Positions 29,143 through 38,768 of a DNA stretch of 64,000 nt are shown in pieces. Made by a program: the position numbers and the translations under genes. Under the pieces are notes generated by a model, which saw only the letters and a program-made list of their open reading frames with translations, was not told the origin of the DNA and did no database searches. Location of the stretch: positions 1,038 through 65,037 of the forward strand of contig CANQAG010000001.1 in assembly GCA_947588815.1 (NCBI GenBank), written 5' to 3'. The first letter of the stretch is position 1. Every line of letters starts with the position of its first letter. This DNA comes from an uncultured Bacilli bacterium (GTDB lineage Bacteria; Bacillota_I; Bacilli_A; RFN20; CAG-449).

Positions 29143-29980
29143 TTTTAGCGATTAATCCTTCTTTGAATTCTTTTAGCAATAATCGTTCAGCTCGATCATA
29201 ATCAATTTCGCCACCTTTTAGCAAAAGGCCACGACTCTTTGCTATCATTTCCAAAATCGTGTTTTGATCATATGGTTCTTGAAGTGAAATCCCATATCGC
29301 AATTCAAGGTTAGGCACTAAATTCTTAGCAAAAATAACTACAAACAATCTATCCAATAAAATTGTAAGTGGCACATTTTGTTCTTTCATCGAGCCTATCA
29401 AAGCCAAGTTAATCGCCGTCAAGCGATCTTCATAATGTGGCGGTAAGATACCCGGCGTATCAAGTAGCTCCAATTGTTTATCGACTTTGATCCATTGTTG
29501 CGCTTTAGTGTGTCCTGGAGTATTGGCAATAGAGGCGGCGTTACGACCGCTTAGACGATTGATCAAAGTTGATTTACCGACATTGGGAATGCCTAAAATC
29601 ATCGTCCTTAAAGGTTGAGGCTTTAATCCTCGATAACGATAACGATCATTTTTTTCTTGTCCCAATTTTGCAACTTGCAATCTTATTTCTTCGATGTCCG
29701 TTTTTTTAGACAAATCCGCAAGCACCACTTCGTATCCTTGATTTTGGTAATATTTCTTGAATTTTAAGGCGGTTTCCATATCCGCCAAATCACTTTTAGA
29801 CATTACCAAAAGTCGCTTTTTATTAGCAATTAAACGATTTAAGAAAGGATTCTTGCTCGATAAAGGAACTCGGCTATCGACAATTTCAATGACCACATCG
29901 ATAAGTTTTAATTTTTCTTCAATCTGGCGCAAAGCTTTTTGCATATGTCCCGGAAACCACTGAACTCCTTTTTGTTGCAT
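29111..29980 (-). CDS. rbgA: Ribosome biogenesis GTPase A (RbgA/YlqF), circularly permuted GTPase
   Basis: 289 aa. G4-G1-G3 order (NKxD ... GIPNVGKST ... DTPG). Conserved lepB-rbgA-rnhB neighbourhood. Confidence 0.85.
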   Translation of the reverse strand: MQQKGVQWFPGHMQKALRQIEEKLKLIDVVIEIVDSRVPLSSKNPFLNRLIANKKRLLVMSKSDLADMETALKFKKYYQNQGYEVVLADLSKKTDIEEIRLQVAKLGQEKNDRYRYRGLKPQPLRTMILGIPNVGKSTLINRLSGRNAASIANTPGHTKAQQWIKVDKQLELLDTPGILPPHYEDRLTAINLALIGSMKEQNVPLTILLDRLFVVIFAKNLVPNLELRYGISLQEPYDQNTILEMIAKSRGLLLKGGEIDYDRAERLLLKEFKEGLIAKIVLDEVPYES

Positions 29981-29989
29981 AACTATTAC

Positions 29990-30616
29990 CTAAAAAAACA
30001 TCCACGAACGATACTCTTTCGTCCCACTTCTACAAGTTTTATTTTCAAGATCGATTTCACATTTACCAAATATAACTTTTAAAACACCTGTAATCTGATC
30101 ACTTTTGACGATTCCGACTGCTCCTCTAGAATCCATCGAATTACCACGATTATCGCCCATCACAAAATATTCTCCATCGTCAAGTTTTAAGCCTTCAAGA
30201 AATAGCTCACTTCCACGATATTCGTAAGAATATGTTAATCTTTTATTAACTTCGCTCAAAAAAGATTGTTCAGTTTTAATTTCGTTAATGTATAAATCCC
30301 CAGTTTGAGGGTCAATTCTCATTGTTTCATTTGGTAAGCCAATCACTCTTTTAACTAAAAGACGTTCCTTGTCATTAGTGTAGTCTTGGTATTTAAAAGT
30401 AATGATTTGAAAACGAGAAATACTATTTCTAGCCCAAGAAGTTGTCTCAATTAAACCGAAATTCCCATCGACCAAAGTATCGTTCATCGAAGAACCGGAA
30501 ACGATAACTTCTTCATACATCAAATTTTTAACAAGAGCTAAAGAAGCGACGACAAAAAGTAAAACAAGTAAAACATTAGTAATGATTTTCAAAACTTTCT
30601 TGGTACGTTCACTCAT
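29990..30616 (-). CDS. lepB: Signal peptidase I
   Basis: 208 aa. N-terminal TM anchor, catalytic Ser box (SGSSM), Lys box (KRVIGLPNE), and GDNRGNSMDSR box. Confidence 0.85.
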   Translation of the reverse strand: MSERTKKVLKIITNVLLVLLFVVASLALVKNLMYEEVIVSGSSMNDTLVDGNFGLIETTSWARNSISRFQIITFKYQDYTNDKERLLVKRVIGLPNETMRIDPQTGDLYINEIKTEQSFLSEVNKRLTYSYEYRGSELFLEGLKLDDGEYFVMGDNRGNSMDSRGAVGIVKSDQITGVLKVIFGKCEIDLENKTCRSGTKEYRSWMFF

Positions 30617-30720
30617 TTTACTATAACCTCTTTAGATATTATATATCATTTAAAAATAGATACCAAACTTTGTTTTTGGAAATTAAAAAGGCTGCATTAT
30701 TCACAGCCTCTTATTTCAAC

Positions 30721-31665
30721 TTACTTATTTTTTAATGGTTTATAGAACATTCTTCCGTCCATGGATTGAATTCTTAGTGAAAACTCACCGGGTTTGACTC
30801 CGTCGAGCGCTTTATCAAGAATCATCATTTTGGCATCCAAATCATCAATCATATGTAAAACGACCGCTTCTCTAGTCAATGGTACCACCGGAGAGCCGAA
30901 TTCTTTTTCACCATGATGTGAAAGCACAAGATGCTCTAAAAGCAAGGGAATTTCCCCGTGAATATTTAATTTATCGGCCACTTCTTTTATTTCACTTACC
31001 ATAATGGTGATATGACCTAATAGTTTTCCTTCTAAAGTATATTTTGTAGCAATCGGTCCGCTTAATTCAGTAGTTTTTCCAATGTCATGTAGAATAGCAC
31101 CACTGACCAATAAATCTTTATCTAAGGAAGGATAATAAGTGCAAAGCATCAAGGCAATTTCAACCATTGAAACAGTATGATACAATAAGCCGGAAGCAAA
31201 TTCATGATGATTTTTTGTAGCGGCCGGAAATGAAATAAAATCATCATAATGGCTTAAAACAATTTCGTTCACAATATTACGACAATCATCATTTTTGATT
31301 TCACGAATATAATTGTTTATTTTTCTTTCCAATTCATGAACATCAGTCGGACAAGGAAGTGCATATCGAGTAAAATCAACCATTTTTTGATCGACTGAGG
31401 CGACTCCTAAAATTTTTAATTGCAATGTAGAACGATATTCAATGACATCAGCTAAAAGTTTAATCACCAATCCAACTTTTACTATTTCGACATCTTCTTC
31501 GCTGACATCCCATTTTTTACCATCGATAATTCCTGTTCGATCTTGAAAAGTAATCGAAAGGTATGGAGCTCCGGCATTAGACACACCTTTAGTGACATTA
31601 GTGACTAATAAACAAAGTTCTAGTTTATTATCGCCATCTTGTAATTCATTAATAAATTTCTCCAT
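30721..31665 (-). CDS. yhaM: 3'-5' exoribonuclease YhaM (OB-fold plus HD domain)
   Basis: N-terminal OB-fold, HD-domain motifs (HDIGK, LSHHG). The ORF track starts at 31710. The probable start is MEKFINELQDG at 31665, which still overlaps the recX end slightly. Confidence 0.75.
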   Translation of the reverse strand: MEKFINELQDGDNKLELCLLVTNVTKGVSNAGAPYLSITFQDRTGIIDGKKWDVSEEDVEIVKVGLVIKLLADVIEYRSTLQLKILGVASVDQKMVDFTRYALPCPTDVHELERKINNYIREIKNDDCRNIVNEIVLSHYDDFISFPAATKNHHEFASGLLYHTVSMVEIALMLCTYYPSLDKDLLVSGAILHDIGKTTELSGPIATKYTLEGKLLGHITIMVSEIKEVADKLNIHGEIPLLLEHLVLSHHGEKEFGSPVVPLTREAVVLHMIDDLDAKMMILDKALDGVKPGEFSLRIQSMDGRMFYKPLKNK

Positions 31666-32449
31666 AAAATTCCTCCAATACTTCTTTAACGTCTTCATAA
31701 CGATAGCCACGGGCCAAAATCTTTTGTTTTAAAATCGTCATTAATTCTTCCTCATTATAGCGTACTTTCAAAGTGTGAAAAAGCGTCCTTGTCTCCTTTT
31801 TCAATATTTCTATTTCTTTTTGATGATCATACTTTAAGTTTTCAATAATTGAATTTATCATCTCTGTTTCAAACCCACGATTTTTCAAGAACCGGAATAT
31901 CGCTTCTTTTTGCTTTACAAAATTTTTATTTTGATAAATTATTTTCGCTTGTTCAAACGCAAGATTTAAATTTTCGATTTCTTCATCTTGTGTGTAATTT
32001 TCCCGCACAGATTTATCGTCTTTAATTCCTGCTTCTTTTAATCGTTGTTGAATTCGATTTGAACCATATCGCTTTAATTTACCTTCTCTTATGGTCTCTT
32101 CTAAATACTCTTGGTCAGAAAGTAGATTTACTTCTTGCAATTCTTTTATTATTTGCTCCACTTCATGATCAAAAAGTCCTCGCTTCAGTAATTTGTCTTT
32201 CATTTGTTTTTTGGAATAAAGGCGATTTGAAGCAATTTTAAAAGCATACTTTCGGCTCTCATTAATATTTTCATACGCGATCAGTTCACAAAATTCTTGA
32301 TTTGATAAAACTTTATTGGGATATAAAAAGAATTGAGCATATGTTTCTTTGGATATTAATAAATCTTCCGCATTATTAAAAATTATTTTAATTTTATTTT
32401 TAACAAATACGATCTTATCGATAACTTTACCACTTGCGGCGGATGGCAC
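31649..32449 (-). CDS. recX: Recombination regulator RecX
   Basis: Three-helix-repeat architecture and the N-terminal YAF motif, similar to Firmicutes RecX/YfhG. The ATG-based ORF (to 32476) overlaps the GT4 gene by 50 nt. A GTG at 32447-32449 with a GGAGG RBS 9 nt upstream is the more plausible start. Confidence 0.6.
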   Translation of the reverse strand: MPSAASGKVIDKIVFVKNKIKIIFNNAEDLLISKETYAQFFLYPNKVLSNQEFCELIAYENINESRKYAFKIASNRLYSKKQMKDKLLKRGLFDHEVEQIIKELQEVNLLSDQEYLEETIREGKLKRYGSNRIQQRLKEAGIKDDKSVRENYTQDEEIENLNLAFEQAKIIYQNKNFVKQKEAIFRFLKNRGFETEMINSIIENLKYDHQKEIEILKKETRTLFHTLKVRYNEEELMTILKQKILARGYRYEDVKEVLEEFYGEIY

Positions 32450-33599
32450 GTTTATAGACCTCCAACATCTTTTCATAGAAAGTATCGATCGAATAATTTT
32501 CAGCTTTTATAAACGCTTTTTCAATTATATTAGCTGACATTTCTTCACTTAATCCTAAAATTTTCTTTAAAAGATTTACGTATCCTACCTCATCATAAAA
32601 GAAAAATCCTGATTCCCCATCATCTATTACTTCACGTAAATTATCATCGTAACGACAAAGCACAATCGTTTTAGAAGCCATCGCTTCAATGTAAGTTAGG
32701 CCTTGCGTTTCACTCGTCGACGCCGAAAGAAATAAGTTTGCCAAAGAATAATAAAACGGAACATCTTCGTGAGGTACCTTACCCAAGAACAACACCCGAT
32801 CACCAATCGACAAGTCCAAAGATAATGCCTCTAATTCTTTTTTGCCCGGTCCATCACCGACAACAAGAAGCATCGTCTCTTGATCTTTGGTATCACGCAA
32901 AAAAGTAGCATATCCGCGAATTAAAAAATCGATAGATTTCTCTTTGGCTATTCTTCCTAAAGATAGTAGAATTTTCTTATTTTCAAGATGATGTTTTTTT
33001 CTAAAATGATCAAAATCTGTCGGTGAAAATTGTGCCGGATCAAATTTTTTAATGTCGATTCCATTAGGAACCACATTTATATAACGATTGACGCCATAGC
33101 CTCTTAAAGCTTCTTTGGTTTTTTGTGAAGGCGTTGTAAATTCCGAACATGAATCAGCCATCGTCTTGGAAAACCGTTTAACAATCGCTTTAGCAGCTCG
33201 ATCAAAATGCCCTCTGGTAACATAATAAGTGTAATCTTCATACATCGTATGATACGTATAAACCAACGGAATATCATATCTTTTAGCCAGAATTTTTCCA
33301 AACATTCCAATTCCGATTTCCGTTTGAATATGAATGACATCTAATTTCATCTTGCGAATCAAAAGTGCCGCCTTACGATTAAATAAAAATGCTAGATGAT
33401 AATCGTAAAGCATTTTCAGTCTTACTCCAGGGATTCTAATGATATTATCCTCGTAAATCACATGGTTAGAATACGGATTTGTAGTGACGACAAACACCTC
33501 GTGTCCGTTTTTTTTGAAAATCTCCGCCAATGTGCTTGTCGCAGTAGCAACTCCGTTTATTTCCGGAGGGTAGGTATCACTGAATAAACCGATTCTCAT
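32427..33599 (-). CDS. GT4-family glycosyltransferase, probable diacylglycerol glucosyltransferase (glycolipid synthase, alMGS-like)
   Basis: 390 aa. N-terminus MRIGLFSDTYPPEINGVATAT resembles the Acholeplasma laidlawii monoglucosyldiacylglycerol synthase (alMGS) class. C-terminal GT-B E..E motif region. Confidence 0.7.
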   Translation of the reverse strand: MRIGLFSDTYPPEINGVATATSTLAEIFKKNGHEVFVVTTNPYSNHVIYEDNIIRIPGVRLKMLYDYHLAFLFNRKAALLIRKMKLDVIHIQTEIGIGMFGKILAKRYDIPLVYTYHTMYEDYTYYVTRGHFDRAAKAIVKRFSKTMADSCSEFTTPSQKTKEALRGYGVNRYINVVPNGIDIKKFDPAQFSPTDFDHFRKKHHLENKKILLSLGRIAKEKSIDFLIRGYATFLRDTKDQETMLLVVGDGPGKKELEALSLDLSIGDRVLFLGKVPHEDVPFYYSLANLFLSASTSETQGLTYIEAMASKTIVLCRYDDNLREVIDDGESGFFFYDEVGYVNLLKKILGLSEEMSANIIEKAFIKAENYSIDTFYEKMLEVYKRAIRRKW

Positions 33600-34864
33600 T
33601 TCTTCTTTTCCTCATCTTCACGCTTAACAGCCAATTCATTTTCATGTAATTGATCTTTGAGATCTTCTTTCAATTTTTTAAAATGATCTTCAATCTGATC
33701 TTCTCTGATTGGTTCAATTTTAACTTCTTTTTCATTAGTTTTGTTTTTTCGATATTCGGCTAGATTGATGATTTCAAGTTCTAACATTGTTCTTGTATTG
33801 GCACGATAAGCTTCTTGTTTGGGCGATTCGTGATACGAGAAGAAAACTATCGCTCCCAAGAATAAACCGAAATAGAAAGTAAATCCACGCCACAAGAGGT
33901 TAACCGCATTGACAGTGGGAATAGTGCCATCAAAGAATTGACGGAACATCACGGTAAACACTAATTCAGCACCGCCTGAAGCACCGGGAATTGGAACCAT
34001 AGAAGTAACCATGCTTACAAAACTAGCTAAGGAGATACCTTCGAATAAATTGTGGGTCATATTTATTTCAAGCGCCATGCCCATCACAAAAGGTATCGAA
34101 TAAAGAATCGTCAATTGCACAAATTTTAAAGCGATTACCACCAAAAGAATTTTGATATTTGACGATAAGCGTTTAAATTCAATTCTAAATGTTTCAACTT
34201 TCGTATTGATATCGATTCTTTTTTGTTCAGGATCTTTTATTATTTTCATTTTAGCTAATAGATTGACTCCGCTATTGACAATTAATTTATGAATTTTTTT
34301 TGAAAACGCCAAAGAAAAAAGACCGACAATCACTAAGGCATTAATAACAAAACCTAAAATTGATAGTCCGATGACATTAAATTCAAAACCAAATAAATTG
34401 AAAGTACCGGAAATTGCAGACATTTCACTAAATTTAAAAGCAAAAGTTAAAATGCCGTATAAAACTATAACTATCTGATGAACTATAAATTGCATAAACA
34501 AAATCGAAGCTGCATTGGTTATTTTTATTCCTTGCTTAGAAAAAGTAAACGCTTGAACAAATTGTCCACCGCTAGACGAAGGTGTAATTCCGTTAAAAAA
34601 AGTTCCGATCATCCCATTACAAAAACCTTTGTAATATTTATATTTGCGATTATATAATCTCGCCAATATTGTAAGAATTAAACCGTCGATTGCAAAACTA
34701 ACAAGCATTAATGCTCCCGCTAAAATAAGATAACGATAATCAGCTTTAGCAATCGCTTCAAAAATAGCGGTCGGATCATCTTTTAACACAAAAAAAAGTG
34801 CCAAAGCGGTCACAGCAATCAATAAAGCAATATTTATCAAATACTTTCTTTGTTGCTTAGTCAT
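33596..34864 (-). CDS. Polytopic membrane protein of the lysylphosphatidylglycerol-synthase-TM / flippase-like (UPF0104) family
   Basis: 422 aa with about 8 predicted TM helices and a charged C-terminal tail. Translationally coupled (4-nt overlap) to the GT4 gene, suggesting a glycolipid synthesis and translocation operon. Confidence 0.55.
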   Translation of the reverse strand: MTKQQRKYLINIALLIAVTALALFFVLKDDPTAIFEAIAKADYRYLILAGALMLVSFAIDGLILTILARLYNRKYKYYKGFCNGMIGTFFNGITPSSSGGQFVQAFTFSKQGIKITNAASILFMQFIVHQIVIVLYGILTFAFKFSEMSAISGTFNLFGFEFNVIGLSILGFVINALVIVGLFSLAFSKKIHKLIVNSGVNLLAKMKIIKDPEQKRIDINTKVETFRIEFKRLSSNIKILLVVIALKFVQLTILYSIPFVMGMALEINMTHNLFEGISLASFVSMVTSMVPIPGASGGAELVFTVMFRQFFDGTIPTVNAVNLLWRGFTFYFGLFLGAIVFFSYHESPKQEAYRANTRTMLELEIINLAEYRKNKTNEKEVKIEPIREDQIEDHFKKLKEDLKDQLHENELAVKREDEEKKK

Positions 34865-35133
34865 AGTTACCTCGTTAATACTATATTTAATTATATCATA
34901 TTCATTTTAAAAGAATATACGCTTTTATTTTACAAAAAAATAAAAACTTTATTATCCGAAAATCGTCTAATTTTACTATCACGTTTAATTATATTTTCTT
35001 TAATTTATCAAAAGTTTACATTATAAAATTTTTAAGATACAATAGTTTTGCAAGTGTGACTAGACAAAATTCCAATTGTCAATTGGTACTTTGCAAGAAG
35101 GCAAAAGTCTATAATAACGATGAGGTGATAAAA

Positions 35134-35586
35134 GTGAACATTGGACAAAATATCGCTAATGCGAGAAAGAAAAACAATATGTCACAAGAAGATTTAGCTA
35201 ATTTACTTGAAGTGTCTAGACAATCGATTAGCTTATGGGAAACCGACCAAACTATACCGACTTTAGATAAATTAGAGACTTTATGTAAGGTTTTAAATGT
35301 TTCCGCCGATACCATTATCGGGCGAGAATCTTCCCCAATAGTAAGCAATGAAACATTACAAGAATTATCTAACAAGAAAAGAAAACGCGAAAAATATAGA
35401 GATATTATCGCCTTTGTTCTTGCCTGTATTTCATTGATTACTTATCGTTTATTTCCTTTAGGATTGTTTACAACGCTTATAAGTTTTATTTTAGCGTTAA
35501 CAATTATCAAAAAAGAAAATATTTTTGCGCCTTATTCAATGGTAATATCGCTGGTTTTTTTCGTTGCATCTATCATAATGTACTAA
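35134..35586 (+). CDS. Membrane-anchored XRE-family helix-turn-helix transcriptional regulator
   Basis: The HTH_XRE signature (NIANARKKNNMSQEDLANLLEVSRQSISLWE) is followed by two C-terminal TM helices. The ORF track starts at 35056. A GTG at 35134 with a GAGGTG RBS is the likely start. Confidence 0.7.
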   Translation: MNIGQNIANARKKNNMSQEDLANLLEVSRQSISLWETDQTIPTLDKLETLCKVLNVSADTIIGRESSPIVSNETLQELSNKKRKREKYRDIIAFVLACISLITYRLFPLGLFTTLISFILALTIIKKENIFAPYSMVISLVFFVASIIMY

Positions 35587-35606
35587 TTAATAGGAGGTAA
35601 AAACTT

Positions 35607-36410
35607 ATGAAAAAATTGAAAATTGTTGTTGCAATATTACTCTCTTTTATCACACTTGTATCTTGTTCTTCCGGCAATTCAACTGAATATCATCCAAATG
35701 AGGGTGAGAACACGGGTGGCAATGGAAGCGCCTTGGAACCCGACAATCAATTGGTCATTGATTCGTCACGAAAAGTTATATATAACGTTCAATATACTAT
35801 TAGATCTTCTAATGTCGAAGAAACTATAAAATCGATAAATTCCAATTTGATAACGCTTGGTGGTTATATTTCACGTTCAAATGATTCAAGCAATTATTAC
35901 GCGACATATGTTTATAAGATTCCAACCGACAAGTTAAATGATTTTTTAAACACCATCGATTCAAACGAAGGAATAACTAATAAGTCGATATCGACCGAAG
36001 ACGTTACTTCCACCTATAACAAAATACAGGCTAGCATTGAAACTTACGAAGCTTCTAAAGCAGCATACGAAAAGATGTTAGCCGAATTAGAAAATCCTTC
36101 AATTAACGATATTATTCAAATCACATCTCATCTTGATGATATTAATTCAACTTTAAAATATCTTTATGCTGAACTTGATCAATTAAATGGTCAAGTTGAT
36201 TATGCCACAGTGACAATCGACTACTATCAATACGATAATCAGCAATCTAGTTTTTTAGGTGATTATCCGGATTATTTAGCATCTCTTGGACTTGGTTTTG
36301 TCTCTTTCTTAGCTTATAGTGCACCTTTTATTATCATTGCCGCCATTGCTTGCTTAATAATTTTCTTAATCAGAAAAAATAACAAAAGTAAGAAGATCAG
36401 CAAGCAATAA
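35607..36410 (+). CDS. DUF4349-family lipoprotein with a C-terminal TM anchor
   Basis: 267 aa. Signal peptide with a lipobox-like LVSCSS, a central DUF4349-like region (GGY...EDVTSTYNKIQA...DY), and a C-terminal hydrophobic helix. It lies directly downstream of the XRE-TM regulator. Confidence 0.6.
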   Translation: MKKLKIVVAILLSFITLVSCSSGNSTEYHPNEGENTGGNGSALEPDNQLVIDSSRKVIYNVQYTIRSSNVEETIKSINSNLITLGGYISRSNDSSNYYATYVYKIPTDKLNDFLNTIDSNEGITNKSISTEDVTSTYNKIQASIETYEASKAAYEKMLAELENPSINDIIQITSHLDDINSTLKYLYAELDQLNGQVDYATVTIDYYQYDNQQSSFLGDYPDYLASLGLGFVSFLAYSAPFIIIAAIACLIIFLIRKNNKSKKISKQ

Positions 36411-36413
36411 TCC

Positions 36414-37214
36414 TTAAAACAATAATTTCATATCTTCTTCGCTAATTTCAAAATTCAACTCAGCATTTTGTTTTTGATGATTGTAATTAGCGCTTTTAGG
36501 CAATGAAACAAGTCCTAATTGTAAAGTATATTTGATGCAAAGTTGTGCAACACTGACTTTATATTTTTCAGCCATGACTTTAATCTTTTCACTATTAAGC
36601 GCATTACCATGAGCAATCGGTGAATATGCTTCAACGACAATATCATGTCTTTTACAAAATTCGATGAGTTCAGATGGCGTATTATTGACATGCGTAAGGA
36701 TTTGATTGACCATTGGTTTAATTTTGCAATTTTTAAAAATATTTTCCAAATCACAAATTAGAAAATTAGAAACTCCAATCGCTTTTACTTTTTTAGCTTC
36801 ATAAGCTTCTTCTAAAGCTTTGTAAACCTCAACATTTTCTTTGAAATATCGATTCGGCTGCCCAAACAAATGCCATGGTTGTGGTGCATGAATCAGCATT
36901 AAATCAATATAATCGGTTCCTAAGCTATTTAATGAATTATCGATACATTTTTTTGCTGAGTGATAATCTTTAATTTCCGCGGGAATTTTAGAAGTGATAA
37001 ACACGTTTTCTCTAGTTAAATTTGATTGCTTTAAAGCTAAGCCGACGCCTTCCTCATTTCCGTAAGCTTCAGCAGTATCGATGTGACGATATCCAATCTT
37101 AAATGCCAATTCTACCGCTTCTATAACTTCTTTATTAGGTATTTCCCATACTCCTAAACCAATTTTAGGAATTTTAACACCATTGGATAAAGTGTAAGTT
37201 TCATTTAAAATCAT
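36414..37214 (-). CDS. Aldo/keto reductase (2,5-diketo-D-gluconate reductase-like, AKR family)
   Basis: 266 aa. AKR catalytic tetrad context (D..Y..K..H; IDTAEAYGNE..., ...LMLIHAPQPW). Confidence 0.8.
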   Translation of the reverse strand: MILNETYTLSNGVKIPKIGLGVWEIPNKEVIEAVELAFKIGYRHIDTAEAYGNEEGVGLALKQSNLTRENVFITSKIPAEIKDYHSAKKCIDNSLNSLGTDYIDLMLIHAPQPWHLFGQPNRYFKENVEVYKALEEAYEAKKVKAIGVSNFLICDLENIFKNCKIKPMVNQILTHVNNTPSELIEFCKRHDIVVEAYSPIAHGNALNSEKIKVMAEKYKVSVAQLCIKYTLQLGLVSLPKSANYNHQKQNAELNFEISEEDMKLLF

Positions 37215-37531
37215 AAAATAAATCTCCTTTGTTTTTATTTTTAATACCTATACTTCCATTTCAATTATATAAAAAGCTTATTGCTAAGACAATTTATAAA
37301 TTGTGGTAAAATTACACTAATATAAATTGAAAGTAAACCGTAATTTATAAAAATATGCAATTTCAATATAAAATTATACCGAAAAATATGTAAAAACTAG
37401 TTTAAAAAGTATATAAAAATCTGCAATCCAATTTTTAAACAATAAAAAGAGGATAAAAATAAGATGAACTCTTGTCTAATTAATCTCCCAAAAAAGTTTT
37501 TATTCTCCCAAATACGAACTTTGCTGGGAAT

Positions 37532-38578
37532 TTATTTAAGTTTCACATAGTAAGTTGAACGTCCGCCACCACGTTTTTCAATCAATCTTTCTTTACATAG
37601 TTGCTTCAAGGATGACTCGACTGAACTAGATCCTATCTCTGGACAATATTCCATGATGTCGCTCTTAGTGAATTTACCAATCTTCTGAATAACAGCATTT
37701 CTCACCATTTCAAGTGCAGATAGTTTCTTGGAGACGACATTCACTCTATCCTCAAAATCGCGGTAAGCGGCTAAGATAGTGCCAAGTAAATATTTGACGA
37801 AAGCAGTATCATCGTTGTTTCCTTCATACCATCCCTTTGAACTTTCGCTTAAAGCTTCATAATATTCTGGTTTCATGATTTGGATTTTCTTCTCTAAAGA
37901 AATGTATTTGCCAACCACAAATCCCGATTTATAAAGAAGTAATGTGGTAAGTAATCTAGACATTCTTCCGTTTCCGTCGTTGAATGGATGGATGCATAAA
38001 AAATCATGGATAAAAATCGGTATTACCAATAGTGGATCAATTCCATATTCCCCTATCGCTTTATTATATTCTTCACACAAACTTTCAATAGCGGTCAGAG
38101 TTTCAAACGGCTCTAATGGTTTAAATATAACTTCTTTGACACTATCTTCATGTATGGCAACTATTTCGTTTGGGGTATCTTTGAAGTTACCACCAAAAGT
38201 CACATCCATAAAACGATACATTTCCTTATGAATTTGAAGTATATAGTTACTTCTAATTGGAATATATTCAAAGGATTCATGAACCAAGTTAAGTGCATAT
38301 CTATATCCAAGTATCTCTTTTTCATTACGATTTTTAGGAGTGGTCTTATCGTTCATCAACTGAAGTAGTCTAGAATTCGTAGTTCTAATGCCTTCAATAT
38401 CATTACTAGCTTCAGTGGATTGTCTTTTGGCTAATTCCACCAATTTGCTAAGTTCTTCTGGCTTTTGCTTTAAATAAAGTTGCTGTCTACCTTTATATTC
38501 GTGAATCAATCCTACGTAATTAACTACTTCCTTAGGCCATTTCCTGTCTTTAAGTTTTGAATAATCAAAGTATCTCAT
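37532..38578 (-). CDS. fic: Fic-family protein (class II, with intrinsic inhibitory helix) and a C-terminal winged-HTH domain
   Basis: Fic motif HPFNDGNGRMSR. An N-terminal (S/T)xxxE(G/N) inhibitory motif (SNDIEG). A C-terminal wHTH. The probable start is MRYFDY at 38578 (RBS AAGGGA). The ORF track extends to 38650. Confidence 0.8.
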   Translation of the reverse strand: MRYFDYSKLKDRKWPKEVVNYVGLIHEYKGRQQLYLKQKPEELSKLVELAKRQSTEASNDIEGIRTTNSRLLQLMNDKTTPKNRNEKEILGYRYALNLVHESFEYIPIRSNYILQIHKEMYRFMDVTFGGNFKDTPNEIVAIHEDSVKEVIFKPLEPFETLTAIESLCEEYNKAIGEYGIDPLLVIPIFIHDFLCIHPFNDGNGRMSRLLTTLLLYKSGFVVGKYISLEKKIQIMKPEYYEALSESSKGWYEGNNDDTAFVKYLLGTILAAYRDFEDRVNVVSKKLSALEMVRNAVIQKIGKFTKSDIMEYCPEIGSSSVESSLKQLCKERLIEKRGGGRSTYYVKLK

Positions 38579-38597
38579 TCTCACAATCCCTTTCATA

Positions 38598-38630
38598 TTC
38601 TCACAAATTATAGTATATTTTGTGAGAATA
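38598..38630. promoter_or_regulatory. Perfect 11-bp inverted repeat operator (ATTCTCACAAA-N11-TTTGTGAGAAT) overlapping the fic promoter -10 (TATAAT on the minus strand)
   Basis: Seen directly. Arms at 38598-38608 and 38620-38630. The minus-strand reading has -35 TTGATT, 17 bp, then -10 TATAAT inside the spacer. Confidence 0.6.
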
Positions 38631-38737
38631 ATCAATGAACTATGAGGCAATTTTTGATGCTTTTATATTTAATTTGCCACTTTGTTCATAAACTAGAATA
38701 CTATTCCAACACCTATAAGTTTGATATCAAACTCAGC

Positions 38738-38768
38738 AAAAAAACAGACTGACACATTGTGCCAATAT
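38738..38768 (-). terminator. Orphan copy of the conserved tRNA-flanking terminator module (UGGCACAAUGUGUCA + GUCUGUUUUUUU on the minus strand), upstream of fic
   Basis: 31/35 bp shared with the modules 3' of tRNA-Leu (6215-6250) and tRNA-Val (44952-44985). A hairpin plus T-run on the minus strand. Confidence 0.5.
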
